A stretch of DNA of 64,000 nucleotides, taken from the IMG/VR virus record IMGVR_UViG_3300023239_000322, positions 1 to 64,000 of that record, one strand, 5' to 3'. Positions 18,977 to 29,537 of this stretch are shown piece after piece; the first letter of the stretch is position 1, and every line of letters starts with the position of its first letter. The position numbers and the translations under genes are program-made. Origin of the DNA: a virus. The notes under the pieces were generated by a model. It was not told the origin of the DNA. It made no database searches and saw only the letters and a program-made list of their open reading frames with translations.

Positions 18977-19184
18977 TGTAGAAGTCCTAGTAGAAGCGTA
19001 TACCATACTAAAGCAATATATTCCAGCGAAGGAGCGGCAAGAAGCCGCAGATAACCTAGTAAGTATGTTAAACGATGCTATTAACGATAAGGAGTTTAGG
19101 GAGTTTGGTCTTGCTGATAATTATACTAGCTCAGCAGTAACTGAGTTTGTTGATGATGAAGATAACGATTATTACGAAGAATAA
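18966..19184 (+). CDS. Hypothetical protein
   Basis: Coupled ORF with GGAG RBS. Confidence 0.6.
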   Translation: MSIDVEVLVEAYTILKQYIPAKERQEAADNLVSMLNDAINDKEFREFGLADNYTSSAVTEFVDDEDNDYYEE

Positions 19185-19636
19185 TGTGGTATAATAAAGT
19201 TGTAGCAGACCTTGCCAAGATACCAGACTTTATACGCCATTACGAGAAAGAACTGGATGAAGCTAAAAAGGAAACCTATATCAGTGGCAGCCTTGAACGT
19301 GCCGCGGCAAACCTTCCAGGCATAACAGAGCACCGTTTTAATCAATTGCAAGAGATTGAAGCAGTGCTAAACTTTTTGAATATTGAACTGCGCAAAATAC
19401 GCAGGACATATTTTCAAAAATACTTAGAAGGATATCAACGAGCATTAAGCAGTCGAGATGCAGAAAAGTATGTAGATGGCGAGGATGATGTTATACACTT
19501 TGAGACATTCATCAACGAAGTAGCACTATTGCGTAACAAATGGTTAGGGCTAATGAAAGGCCTAGAAAGCAAAAACTTCATGATAGGTCATGTGGTTAGA
19601 TTGCGTACAGCAGGAATGGAAGACATAGTATTATGA
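19184..19636 (+). CDS. uvsY: Recombination mediator UvsY-like
   Basis: Helical, LSSRDAEKYVDGE motif, located after uvsX. Confidence 0.7.
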   Translation: MWYNKVVADLAKIPDFIRHYEKELDEAKKETYISGSLERAAANLPGITEHRFNQLQEIEAVLNFLNIELRKIRRTYFQKYLEGYQRALSSRDAEKYVDGEDDVIHFETFINEVALLRNKWLGLMKGLESKNFMIGHVVRLRTAGMEDIVL

Positions 19637-20397
19637 TAACATTTAAGAATGAATTTGAATCACACGAACACAGTTTAATCACACTAGATCAACTATACGA
19701 ATACGATAGTTTCTTGGATAGCCTTACTACTATTGCAGATTTTGGATGTGGCACAGGTAGGGATGTGCAATGGTGGGCAAACTTAATGACACGCGATGAT
19801 CCCCCAAGACCACGTAACTATAAAGTGTATGCGTGTGACCGAGCAGTTGACAAGGTATTAGATGCCGAAGTGCGTGAATATGCAAATGTACACCCAGCAA
19901 ATATTGATATTGACTCAGACGATCCACCGTTGAGCGTTGAAGTTGACTTTATATGGAGTCACGACACGTTTCAATACGTAATTAATCCTATGCGTACACT
20001 GGCTGCCTGGAATCGGCAATTGGTAGTAAACGGTATGCTGATGATGGTATTCCCACAGTCAACCTACACGAAATATGGGCATGAAGAAGTAATATACAGT
20101 GCTTCGCAAATGTACTACAATCACAATCTAATACACATGGTTTACATGTTAGCAGTGAACGGATTTGACTGCAAAGATGCATACATGAAAAAAGATGCAG
20201 ATGATCCGTGGTTACACGTTGCAGTATATAAATCTTGTGAGCCGATGGATCCAAAAACAACAACTTGGTTTGATCTCGCTGACAAAGATTTGATAAACAA
20301 GACTTTTGTAGAATGTTTAAACAAGCACAGTTACATAAGGCAAGACAAGATACTTACCCAGTGGATCGACAAGGGACTTTACTTTAATAAACGATGA
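19633..20397 (+). CDS. Class I SAM-dependent methyltransferase
   Basis: IADFGCGTG; DFIWSHDTFQY. Confidence 0.8.
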   Translation: MITFKNEFESHEHSLITLDQLYEYDSFLDSLTTIADFGCGTGRDVQWWANLMTRDDPPRPRNYKVYACDRAVDKVLDAEVREYANVHPANIDIDSDDPPLSVEVDFIWSHDTFQYVINPMRTLAAWNRQLVVNGMLMMVFPQSTYTKYGHEEVIYSASQMYYNHNLIHMVYMLAVNGFDCKDAYMKKDADDPWLHVAVYKSCEPMDPKTTTWFDLADKDLINKTFVECLNKHSYIRQDKILTQWIDKGLYFNKR

Positions 20398-21137
20398 ACA
20401 AAGTTGTACTATGTACCGGTGGCTACGATCCTTTGCACAGTGGCCACATAGCTTACTTTCGTGCCGCAAAAGAACTAGGCGACTACTTGGTAGTGGGCAT
20501 AAACTCAGATGCTTGGCTTGAACGCAAAAAAGATCGTGCATTTATGAATTGGAATGAACGTGCTACTATTGTAAAGAATTTAGAAATGGTAGACTATGTT
20601 GTTGAATTTGACGATGCAGACGGCAGTGCGAGAGATGCTATACAAACAGTAAAACAAACTTGGGCAGGGCACGAGATTGTTGTTGCCAACGGTGGCGATC
20701 GTACAGCACAAAATGTTTTAGAAATGGATGTCGACGGTGTTACATACGAATGGGGTGTAGGCGGGACATACAAGATGAACAGCAGTAGTGACCTACTCAC
20801 AGATTGGACAGCGTTCTGGGAAAAAACAGACAGTAGAACAGATCGCCCATGGGGACATTATGATGTGCTGTACAGTGTACCTGGAACCAAAGTAAAAACG
20901 CTTACAATAGAACCAGGACAAAGTCTAAGTCTCCAGCGTCACCGCAAGCGCACAGAGCTTTGGTTAATAGCACAAGGTCGTTGTTGTGTTGGGAATGTTG
21001 AGCTTAATACACACGATTACTATAAAATAAATCCAACAGTGTGGCACCAATTACGCAATCCATACAACGAGCCTTGCGTACTTGTAGAAATACAGTACGG
21101 TAGCGAATGCGTAGAAGAAGATATAGATCGGCACTAA
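20394..21137 (+). CDS. Cytidylyltransferase fused to a mannose-6-phosphate isomerase-type cupin
   Basis: GGYDPLHSGH (HxGH), NGGDR, RPWG, SLQRH..E. Confidence 0.85.
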   Translation: MNKVVLCTGGYDPLHSGHIAYFRAAKELGDYLVVGINSDAWLERKKDRAFMNWNERATIVKNLEMVDYVVEFDDADGSARDAIQTVKQTWAGHEIVVANGGDRTAQNVLEMDVDGVTYEWGVGGTYKMNSSSDLLTDWTAFWEKTDSRTDRPWGHYDVLYSVPGTKVKTLTIEPGQSLSLQRHRKRTELWLIAQGRCCVGNVELNTHDYYKINPTVWHQLRNPYNEPCVLVEIQYGSECVEEDIDRH

Positions 21138-21147
21138 ATACACTATT

Positions 21148-22494
21148 ATGCGAGCAAAAGAATTTATTATTGAAGCAAAAGGTGTGTTTGGCCGTAACCA
21201 AGGTGACCCTTTTGTACACGCAAACGGAGAAATAGCAGAGTTTGTAGACGTTGGTGCTTTTCCTGATTTACAAACACAAGGAAAACAGTACGACAGTCCT
21301 GAATCACGAGATAGTAGCATCTCTAATATTGAAAAAGAATATAACACAGTTATACAATGGGTTAATGCGCCTAACGCTACTAGTTTAGCATTTGCAGTTG
21401 CAAGAGTGCAAACTTCAGACGGCAAGGTTCTATTGTGGGGCAGGTACTTTAAACAAGTATCGCCGGACATGATGGGTAAATGGAGCAACAAAGAAGTCCC
21501 TGCAGGATGGTCATTACAAACCAAAGGTGCAAAGAAAGTTGCTAGTGGATTAGATCCGCAAACACTAATAGGATCAGAACAACAGTTTAAAGGGCCAGGA
21601 TCTGTAATCCAACAAGTTGCTAGATCCGGCGACGAAGTTTTAACAAATGCACTAGAGCAAACAGCACAAGGCAAACTTGCTGTATTCCCGGGAATGGTAG
21701 ATCAATTAGAAACTATCAGAGACTACTTTGGTGAGATAATGGGACCTGTTGCCATGATGGGCGGTATAGTTGGCGGCCAAGCAGATGAAGCAAAAGTTGC
21801 GTTAGCAGGCGGAACAGACTGGGCGAACATGCCTATCTTTTGGCCACAAAGTAAAAATCATAATCTAGTAGACAGTGTATTTGTAGCGCCAGACGGTGTA
21901 GAAATTGGTGTAAGTAGCAAAGGTGGCAAAGGCGCTGCCGCAAGTGTAAAGAACTTATACGATAGTGTACAGAAAAACAAAGATAACGCAGAGCTTATGC
22001 GTACAGTAGCGTATGCTAGAAAAATAGTTACTGCTATTGCAGAAAACACAGCAATGCAAGGACCGTTTGTATTGGGAGAAATGTTAGGTATAAGTACTCC
22101 TGCACTGCGTGACGAAGTAAACAGTTGTATAGAATCAGGTAAACGTGATTTTGACGGACTGAGTGAAGAAGCAACAAAGTTTGCAAGCACAATCAAGTCA
22201 GACCCCAGCAAGCCTGGTTTCAACACAGGATACGCTATACTAGCAGGATTAGCAAAAGCAGTTGCAGGCGTTGTCAACAGCAATCCAGAATTCACAAAAG
22301 GTGCGTTAGCACTCCTAAACACAGCCAGCATTGTTCAGCTATATACAAAAGTCGGCAAGAAAGGCGATGATGTTGCAGTTACATCATACGAAGCAGTTTA
22401 TCCGCCTAACTTTAAAGGCACTATACTATTAGACAACGGTAAAACATACTACGGCGGAGTTCCTAAGGGTAAGTTCGCTTTTAAATTCAATTAA
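21148..22494 (+). CDS. Hypothetical late protein, possible PD-(D/E)XK-like fold
   Basis: MRAKEFIIE N-terminus; LVDS-x9-GVSSKG; TAAATA upstream. Confidence 0.5.
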   Translation: MRAKEFIIEAKGVFGRNQGDPFVHANGEIAEFVDVGAFPDLQTQGKQYDSPESRDSSISNIEKEYNTVIQWVNAPNATSLAFAVARVQTSDGKVLLWGRYFKQVSPDMMGKWSNKEVPAGWSLQTKGAKKVASGLDPQTLIGSEQQFKGPGSVIQQVARSGDEVLTNALEQTAQGKLAVFPGMVDQLETIRDYFGEIMGPVAMMGGIVGGQADEAKVALAGGTDWANMPIFWPQSKNHNLVDSVFVAPDGVEIGVSSKGGKGAAASVKNLYDSVQKNKDNAELMRTVAYARKIVTAIAENTAMQGPFVLGEMLGISTPALRDEVNSCIESGKRDFDGLSEEATKFASTIKSDPSKPGFNTGYAILAGLAKAVAGVVNSNPEFTKGALALLNTASIVQLYTKVGKKGDDVAVTSYEAVYPPNFKGTILLDNGKTYYGGVPKGKFAFKFN

Positions 22495-22497
22495 TTT

Positions 22498-23379
22498 ATG
22501 AAAACAATGCCCACACTGGAAATTACAACCATGATTGGCTGTCCACTCATGTGTAATTTTTGTCCACAAGAAAACTTACGAGACAAGTACGGTGAAGACA
22601 CCAAGTACATGAGCTTGGATACATTTAAAACAGCACTTAGTAAAGTACCAAGCGACACACGTATAGACTTCAGTGGCATGGCAGAAGCCTGGGTTAACCC
22701 AGAAGCAACCAACATGTTGCGCTATGCACTAGAGTCCAATCATCGTGTTGCTATATACACAACACTGTATAACTGGACAACAGACACTGCTAACGAAGTA
22801 TTAGAATTGTTGACATCACACAAACCGTTAGTAGACACGTTTAGTATACACTTTCCAGATGAGTACGGTAACATGAAAGGCTGGAAGTATACCAAAGAGT
22901 GGGAAGATGTTTACAACATCATGACCGGTGGTGTCCAGAGTGCAGGCATTAAACTAGAAGCAATGACCATGAGCGATCATGGCAAGATACACGAAGATCT
23001 ACAACACCTGGGTGTGCAGTTGTACAACTGGTTTGGACACGATCGTGCAGGTAGTTTAAACAAACAACAAGTAGAAACAGATCAAGAAATCAAGTTTGTT
23101 GAACGACACGAAACACCAATACGCTGTAGCAAGACGGTAAACTACGATCAACATGTGCTTATGCCCAATGGCGATGTTGCAATATGTTGTATGGATTACG
23201 ATCTAAAACATGTGATCGGCAACCTAAACAAGGACAGTTATTGGGACTTGTTTACCGGGCCGGGCATGACCAATCTAATAAGAGAAAATACCAAAACTTG
23301 TTTCTCAGACAAGAGCTTGTGCAAAAGTTGCACAGACGCATTACCGGACAAACTTACCTATCTAGTTGACATAGTATAA
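22498..23379 (+). CDS. Radical SAM/SPASM protein
   Basis: CPLMCNFC; RAG; C..NGDVAICCMD..GN..CKSC. Confidence 0.88.
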   Translation: MKTMPTLEITTMIGCPLMCNFCPQENLRDKYGEDTKYMSLDTFKTALSKVPSDTRIDFSGMAEAWVNPEATNMLRYALESNHRVAIYTTLYNWTTDTANEVLELLTSHKPLVDTFSIHFPDEYGNMKGWKYTKEWEDVYNIMTGGVQSAGIKLEAMTMSDHGKIHEDLQHLGVQLYNWFGHDRAGSLNKQQVETDQEIKFVERHETPIRCSKTVNYDQHVLMPNGDVAICCMDYDLKHVIGNLNKDSYWDLFTGPGMTNLIRENTKTCFSDKSLCKSCTDALPDKLTYLVDIV

Positions 23380-23394
23380 GCAATCGCTTATAAT
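23366..23394 (+). promoter_or_regulatory. Sigma70 promoter
   Basis: TTGACA-17-TATAAT with ATG 6 nt downstream. Confidence 0.75.
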
Positions 23395-23400
23395 AGTGCT

Positions 23401-23670
23401 ATGACTGAAAAAGAACGAGAGATATTGGGTATCACCCAAGAAGAGTGTGCTGAGGTTATACAAGCAATCAGCAAGTGTGTGCGTTTCGGAATAGACAATA
23501 GTCATAAGTCTGGTGCCACACAACGTGAAAATTTAAGCATGGAAGTCGGCGACTTAGTTTGCATGATTGGCCTAATGGTAGAGTCTGGGTTGGTTAAAGA
23601 AGAAGATATTAACCGTGCCCATGGTGAAAAGATTGAAAAATTAAAAGTTTACAGCAATATTTTTAAATGA
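23401..23670 (+). CDS. MazG-like NTP pyrophosphohydrolase
   Basis: EECAEVIQAISK..EVGD. Confidence 0.8.
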   Translation: MTEKEREILGITQEECAEVIQAISKCVRFGIDNSHKSGATQRENLSMEVGDLVCMIGLMVESGLVKEEDINRAHGEKIEKLKVYSNIFK

Positions 23671-24446
23671 TCACACGTATAATGATGATTGGTCCCGGGC
23701 GTTTAAATGATGCCTGTTGTGCGCTTAGTTTTGATGAGTTCTTATCCCCTGGTATAGATCAAACTGTAATAGTCAGTCCGATAAGCAGTACTAATATTAT
23801 AGACAAATTTGCACAGTTTCCTCACATTGATCAGACCAAACTGATTTTCAAAAAAGACAGTGAATTTAATTTGCCTGGATGGGATGACCACTGGTACAAA
23901 CAGCAAGGTCTAAAATTCAGTCTATTGGATAGCTTAGACTCGGACATTGTGATACAGGATTGCGATGTGTTCTATATCAAACCGTGGCAGTACATACAGA
24001 ATGGACATCCTGTATTTAGAACAGAAGATGTGTGGAACGACCATCACGCTGTGTACGAACAAGCAGTAATAAAACTAATCGGAGCAGGACGAACAAGCAA
24101 CGAAAGTTATGTAACAGAATTTATGCCTTATCTTAAACAAGACTGGGTTGCACTTAAACAGAAACTAGGTGGTGATTGGAAAACAGCAATCGAAAGTGTT
24201 GGGCCGTTTGATGACACCAAATGGTTAAGCGAGTATGAGTTACTGGGAATTTACAAGAGTGTGTTTGATCCAGATAACTATCATTATATAAAAGATAAAA
24301 TGCCTATAATACATCATATCAACGAGCTAGAAGGGTTGGATTGGGCAGAAGCAAATGTAGTAAAGTTTAAAGCAAGACCCCTTAAAGGGATGAACGAGGA
24401 AGATGCACACAGAATAGTAGATTATTTTAAGAGGATAACAGCATGA
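23667..24446 (+). CDS. Hypothetical protein, possible glycosyltransferase-like
   Basis: [12 protein letters not shown] (DxD), SEYELLG. Confidence 0.45.
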   Translation: MITRIMMIGPGRLNDACCALSFDEFLSPGIDQTVIVSPISSTNIIDKFAQFPHIDQTKLIFKKDSEFNLPGWDDHWYKQQGLKFSLLDSLDSDIVIQDCDVFYIKPWQYIQNGHPVFRTEDVWNDHHAVYEQAVIKLIGAGRTSNESYVTEFMPYLKQDWVALKQKLGGDWKTAIESVGPFDDTKWLSEYELLGIYKSVFDPDNYHYIKDKMPIIHHINELEGLDWAEANVVKFKARPLKGMNEEDAHRIVDYFKRITA

Positions 24447-24769
24447 CATTTTTAGTAACAGAAGCCTGCGTAAAATGCAAATATACAGATTGTGTAAACG
24501 TCTGTCCAGTGGATTGTTTTTATGAAGGTCCAAACTTTTTAGTAATCAATCCAGATGAGTGCATTGACTGTGCAGTGTGTGTTCCTGAGTGTCCTGTGGA
24601 TGCAATTGTTGCTGATAACGAACTCGACGGTGCAGAACTTGATTACTGGTTAAAAATAAACACAGAACTCAGTGAAAAGTGGCCTAACATTGACAAAGCA
24701 AAAGACCCACTCCCAGAAGCAGAAGAATACAAAGACATTAAGGATAAAAGAGACCTAATAGAAAAGTAG
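24443..24769 (+). CDS. fdxA: 7Fe ferredoxin
   Basis: [17 protein letters not shown] and [12 protein letters not shown]. Confidence 0.93.
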   Translation: MTFLVTEACVKCKYTDCVNVCPVDCFYEGPNFLVINPDECIDCAVCVPECPVDAIVADNELDGAELDYWLKINTELSEKWPNIDKAKDPLPEAEEYKDIKDKRDLIEK

Positions 24770-24772
24770 TAG

Positions 24773-25306
24773 ATGACCAAAAAGAAAAACTCCAATGAGG
24801 CAAAAGGAAGGTACAGCTACGACAGTGAACTAGGTGGTAGTTTAGTTACTTTCCTGAACAAAAGCGTAACTCCTTATCCAACAGAAGCAGGCAGTCCCAA
24901 GTTTGAACTGGTTAAAGTAGAAGAACAAAAGGATTTGATGCTGAACGTTGCTCGTATGCATGCAGAGCAGGAGTACAAACGCATTATGGATCTTGTTGCT
25001 GTACTGCAAGGACAAGCAGAAGAAATAAAGCGTAGACTATATGTTACAGATGCAGTGCATGCCGCACACTATGAATTTCAACCATATCCTGGACAGATTT
25101 ATAATTTAGTTTGGGACAACATCAAAGAACGAACTATACTAGAAATAATGGACAAGGACCAGTGGACCAGTGGTATACCAGATAACTACGAGTATCTAGC
25201 TAGAGTTAAATGGTTAGGTGATTTTACTTGGATTGAAGTTGATGATCAAGGTAACCTTAAAGGTTCTACCATACAAACTTCTGCTGGTAGTGACGAACAA
25301 TCGTAG
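24773..25306 (+). CDS. Hypothetical protein (DUF2452-like)
   Basis: PYPTEAGSPKF, A.Y.FQP..GQIY motifs. Confidence 0.5.
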   Translation: MTKKKNSNEAKGRYSYDSELGGSLVTFLNKSVTPYPTEAGSPKFELVKVEEQKDLMLNVARMHAEQEYKRIMDLVAVLQGQAEEIKRRLYVTDAVHAAHYEFQPYPGQIYNLVWDNIKERTILEIMDKDQWTSGIPDNYEYLARVKWLGDFTWIEVDDQGNLKGSTIQTSAGSDEQS

Positions 25307-26219
25307 CAAGCTCAGTATTAAAATTAGCAACAGCATCCCAATTTAAATTCCTTAACTTACTATCGTCGATACTGTAGCGCACATCCTGCCCTTGTCTTGT
25401 TACTGATAAGTCAAGATGGCGGTCTGTGTCTTGTTCTTTGCCTTTAAAAAAGTCATTAATAATCTTACGTGCAACCACAATGTTTTGTTCTTCGTAGTTG
25501 CCTGCAATGTTGAAGATTTCGTTTTGCACACCACTTTCTATTAGAGTAGTTACTGCTTCAGCAGTGTCGCTAACGTGCAACCATGTGCGTGTTGGTGTAC
25601 CAGCATCGTGCAGTGGAATAGTCCTGCCTAGTTGTAGGCTCTTGATGCTTTTGGGTATAAATTTTTCTGTGTATTGTCCTACGCCGTAGTTGTTTGTAGG
25701 GCGTACAATAATGTAAGGCACGTTAAATGTTCTAGCCCATGCTAGTATTAACTGATCAGCGGCAGCTTTTGTGGCACTGTAAGGATTGCTGGGTTTCAGC
25801 AAATCTGTTTCCACATGACTACCTTCTACGATATCACCGTAAACCTCGTCAGTACTAAAGTGTAGCAGTGTAGGCATCTTAAACCGGTGTTTTTCTTTAA
25901 TTAGGTTCAATAAATGATGCACTCCGTTAACATTACTGCGCAAAAATACATCACTGCTTACTATGCTATTATCTACATGTGTTTCCGCGGCAGTATTAAT
26001 AATATAGTCACAATCGTATAAAAAGTCTATATCGTTTATGTCTTTGCGTTCAAACACAAAGCGAGTATTTGTCTCGAGCTCTGCAAGTAAGTCTTCATTT
26101 GCGGCATACGTACCTTTGTCAATGCCACGCACATACCAACCTTTGCTTAGGCAGTGCTGTGCAACATGATATCCAATAAAGCCTAAACAGCCTGTAACAT
26201 AAACAACTTTTGTACTCAT
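25266..26219 (-). CDS. dTDP-glucose 4,6-dehydratase-like
   Basis: TGCLGFIG, AAETHVDNS, STDEVYG, YSATK, NNYG. Confidence 0.9.
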   Translation of the reverse strand: MSTKVVYVTGCLGFIGYHVAQHCLSKGWYVRGIDKGTYAANEDLLAELETNTRFVFERKDINDIDFLYDCDYIINTAAETHVDNSIVSSDVFLRSNVNGVHHLLNLIKEKHRFKMPTLLHFSTDEVYGDIVEGSHVETDLLKPSNPYSATKAAADQLILAWARTFNVPYIIVRPTNNYGVGQYTEKFIPKSIKSLQLGRTIPLHDAGTPTRTWLHVSDTAEAVTTLIESGVQNEIFNIAGNYEEQNIVVARKIINDFFKGKEQDTDRHLDLSVTRQGQDVRYSIDDSKLRNLNWDAVANFNTELATIVRHYQQKFVW

Positions 26220-26698
26220 ATTTTTCTTCTTAAATTCAAGTATGCAGGTTCTGTACTAAACAAGAACTCCTGCCATATGTTTTCTAAATCTTCTACTGTG
26301 TTTGGTTTGTACAGTTTGATATTAGGCAATGCTGCCAACACCTGTTCGTCGTCGTGTGCCCAATGACTTATGCCATCGTGATTGTAATCGTAGTCACGTC
26401 CGCTACCAATTAACTTAACAGGGATACGTTCGTGATTAACATAGTTGCGCAACAACTCAAATGGTCTGTACAACAAGAAACTGCTCATGCTGTAGCACAC
26501 AGGTATTACACCTTCGTTGGCCATCCCAACTGCTATACCAGCCATGGTAAACTCTGCGGCTCCGACATTGTAAAAACGTTCTGGAAATGCCGCACGTACT
26601 TGATCCAATACACCAAATCCCAAATCAGCAGTAACAACACGCACATGATCAGAGTCAACCATACTGCCTAACAACAAGTCTGCCGCTTCACGCCTCAT
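26216..26698 (-). CDS. Transketolase-like, pyrimidine-binding domain only
   Basis: TADLG, NVGAAE, GISH. Confidence 0.85.
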   Translation of the reverse strand: MRREAADLLLGSMVDSDHVRVVTADLGFGVLDQVRAAFPERFYNVGAAEFTMAGIAVGMANEGVIPVCYSMSSFLLYRPFELLRNYVNHERIPVKLIGSGRDYDYNHDGISHWAHDDEQVLAALPNIKLYKPNTVEDLENIWQEFLFSTEPAYLNLRRKI

Positions 26699-27308
26699 TG
26701 ATCAACTCCTTGTAGTCCTGTTCTTTGAGAACGTAGTAATGTGTAAGTAAATCTTTAGCAAATGACCAATTGGGTAATTCACTTTGTCTTATTCTAATAC
26801 GTGGCATAAAAGCTCTTAGTCTTTTAATCAGTGTTGCAGAGTCAACAGGATCATATGCACCCATACCGTTTATGTTTGCATAAACTTCTATGTTGTTGAC
26901 CTTGTTGTCTGTGATATAACGTAGACTTTCCCATATGCTGCCTTCGGCGGCTTCACCGTCGCTGATCATGCACCAAACACGCTTTTCAGGTGTTGCTAGT
27001 GCATGCCCAATGGCAATAGGGAGACCACTGCCGAGACTGCCTGTACTACAGTACAAATGATTTTCAAGATCTCTACCCGGATGGATACCATGTTTATGCA
27101 ACATGGCTACGGGATCAACTCCGTAGTATTTCTCGAGAACTACGTACAGTGCAAGTCCGGCGTGGCCATTGCTCAGTATAAAAACTTCGTCGTTATTGCG
27201 ATGATGATATATTTCTTCAATAATCGGCAACGCACTAAGCGTACTGCTCAGATGACTAAGTTTTTCTTGATAGGTGACGTCTAAGAGTCTACGTTCTAGT
27301 TCGTTCAT
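26688..27308 (-). CDS. Transketolase-like, N-terminal TPP-binding domain
   Basis: LSNGH, STGSLGSGL, SDGEAAEGSIWE..N. Confidence 0.88.
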   Translation of the reverse strand: MNELERRLLDVTYQEKLSHLSSTLSALPIIEEIYHHRNNDEVFILSNGHAGLALYVVLEKYYGVDPVAMLHKHGIHPGRDLENHLYCSTGSLGSGLPIAIGHALATPEKRVWCMISDGEAAEGSIWESLRYITDNKVNNIEVYANINGMGAYDPVDSATLIKRLRAFMPRIRIRQSELPNWSFAKDLLTHYYVLKEQDYKELINEA

Positions 27309-28015
27309 GCTTTGAATGCGTATAATTGATCATGTATAACTGGTTCCACTGTGTAGCCACAGTTTTCAAACACAGTCTTTAGTTGTTGTCTGTTCGTTTC
27401 CAGGTTACCTGGCCATTGATGACTTTCATTATTGGTCTGATGTATTTCAATGAACCAAAAGTCAATCTTGTCTGCTACTGCTCCTACCGTTTCTTCTGTT
27501 AGTGCAATCACTTCTGATCCTTCAATGTCGCATTTAACAAAGTCAACATGGTCAATTTCTAATGTTTCTAGCAAACCTGCAATGGTAATACCGGGTACAG
27601 TAATCTCATCCCCTTTGTGGCCTACTAAACTGTTGGTAGTTGAATTTTCGTTAAGATAAAAACTAACATCTCCATTATAGTTATTGATTGCATATGGTCG
27701 CATTTCTATGTTGTGATGCTTTGCTGTAAGCTCTTGGGCAATCTTATAGGTGCTAGGCACTGCTTCCACAGCAACAACACGGTCGCAACTGTCCGCGGCA
27801 TATAAACTAAACAGTCCTATGTTAGCACCCAAGTCTAACACAGTCATATCTTTTTTGTCTAGGAAAATAGGATCGTACATGCGTTCTTCGTTAATCTGTT
27901 TTAGTATGGTGTCTACATGGTTTTCTGGCTCGTCAAAATGTAATTTTGCTTCTGCAGATTCTGCAACCACGTTAATTTTGTTACCTTTGCTTGTTCTAAG
28001 TATTTTTGCTCTCAT
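27305..28015 (-). CDS. FkbM family methyltransferase
   Basis: LDLGANIG, KCDIEGSE. Confidence 0.88.
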   Translation of the reverse strand: MRAKILRTSKGNKINVVAESAEAKLHFDEPENHVDTILKQINEERMYDPIFLDKKDMTVLDLGANIGLFSLYAADSCDRVVAVEAVPSTYKIAQELTAKHHNIEMRPYAINNYNGDVSFYLNENSTTNSLVGHKGDEITVPGITIAGLLETLEIDHVDFVKCDIEGSEVIALTEETVGAVADKIDFWFIEIHQTNNESHQWPGNLETNRQQLKTVFENCGYTVEPVIHDQLYAFKA

Positions 28016-28844
28016 AATGTGCCTTGGTTAAAAAATATATTATACCTTCTTCTAATGAATAGTTACATTCAAAACCTAACTGTTTTGATTTTGTTGTGTC
28101 GCACACCCACAGTTTACTTTCGAATGCTTTTCTAATTTCAAATACTTCTGTTACTGGTGCTGTTTTCTTTGTTATTTTTTCGAATATTTGCAGTACTTCT
28201 TTGTTGCTTACCTGCACTCCGCTACCAAAGTTATAAATTTCACCTGGTGCAATGTTGTCCTGTGTTAGCATTTCTATACCACGACAAAAATCATGTATGT
28301 AGATAAAGTCATGATAGCCTTCGTACAGTGTCATAGGTTCATTGTACTTGAATGCTCTCCACAAGTGTGGAAATAGTCTATGTGGTCTTTCTCCTGGACC
28401 ATACACACTGTAAGGTCTTGCTATGTAAATTTTTAAATCGTGCGCCCTTGCCCAACCTTGGCACATGAGCGTAGCCGCGGCCTTTGTGCCTTGATAAAAG
28501 TCCACTGGCTTCAGCAGTGTGTCTTCTGCTGTTGCGTATTCTGTTGGGCCATATTCACTGCTACTGCCAATTTGTATCATACGACATTTAGCGTCTCTTA
28601 CATATTCGAGTAACTTGTATGTGAGCAGTATGTTTGGTTCAAACATTTTATTAGCATCGTATATCTCTGCCGCACAGTTTATTATAACATCTGGCTGGAA
28701 ACTTTGCAACTGTGCTGTGAGTTGCCGATGTGCTGTGACGTCGTCAGTACGCACGTGTAGTATAACCGCATGTCCTCTTGTACGAAAGTAATCGGCTAGA
28801 TTGAGTCCTACAAACCCAGTTGCGCCTGTGATGTAAACCTTCAT
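27996..28844 (-). CDS. NAD-dependent sugar epimerase/dehydratase/reductase
   Basis: TGATGFVG, GSSSEYG, YQGTK, VYGPGE. Confidence 0.88.
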   Translation of the reverse strand: MKVYITGATGFVGLNLADYFRTRGHAVILHVRTDDVTAHRQLTAQLQSFQPDVIINCAAEIYDANKMFEPNILLTYKLLEYVRDAKCRMIQIGSSSEYGPTEYATAEDTLLKPVDFYQGTKAAATLMCQGWARAHDLKIYIARPYSVYGPGERPHRLFPHLWRAFKYNEPMTLYEGYHDFIYIHDFCRGIEMLTQDNIAPGEIYNFGSGVQVSNKEVLQIFEKITKKTAPVTEVFEIRKAFESKLWVCDTTKSKQLGFECNYSLEEGIIYFLTKAHYESKNT

Positions 28845-29485
28845 CTGATTATTTGTCTACCAACTCGCTCTGCTCTTTTGAGCCTAACGTTTTTGTAAGT
28901 GCCGGGCCAGTGTACTATCCAATCTCCTTGTGCCCATGCGCCTGAGTTGCCCATAATATCTTTGCTGGCATCACAGTAATCATAAATTTGTGGCTCGTAA
29001 CTGTTCATGTACCTTTGCGGAACAATCTTAACAATGTCTTGGTATTCTTCAATAGTGTCAATAACAACTTGTTGTTCAGCCCACTCTATTAATATGTAGT
29101 CTGGCTCTTTGTCTATTATCATTTGTAGCCAAGCTCTGCCTTGCTCTGTGTTGCGCACCAAGAAGTTTCCTGTGTTTATGTTTAGTCTGTCCACTGGCAC
29201 TATTACATGGTAGTCGTTGTCTATCTTCTCATCGATGGGAATAGTGAGATTAGTAATCATAGCATCGCACTCTGAAAACAACAACCAATCAATATCAGGA
29301 TGCAGTTTAAAAAGTTCTAGTGTATAATGTATTTTATTGAAGCCTGTGATCTTGCTGTACTTCATTTCGGTTAGTTCAAAGAACTTGTAACCGTAGCGTT
29401 CACAGTATTCTATTTTGGGTTCATTTGTTAGTTCAGCGAGGTCGCGATAGTTGTCATCATATAGCGTCGCTACGGCATGTGGCAT
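28841..29485 (-). CDS. Glycosyltransferase (GT34/GMA12-MNN10-like)
   Basis: YCERYGY, ECDAMITN, NTGNFLVRN, EQ, IVHWPG; likely start MPHAV at 29485. Confidence 0.7.
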   Translation of the reverse strand: MPHAVATLYDDNYRDLAELTNEPKIEYCERYGYKFFELTEMKYSKITGFNKIHYTLELFKLHPDIDWLLFSECDAMITNLTIPIDEKIDNDYHVIVPVDRLNINTGNFLVRNTEQGRAWLQMIIDKEPDYILIEWAEQQVVIDTIEEYQDIVKIVPQRYMNSYEPQIYDYCDASKDIMGNSGAWAQGDWIVHWPGTYKNVRLKRAERVGRQIIR

Positions 29486-29537
29486 ATATTGTCCTTGAAA
29501 ATCATTTGTAAGAATATTTATTATACTAAGTATTGCT

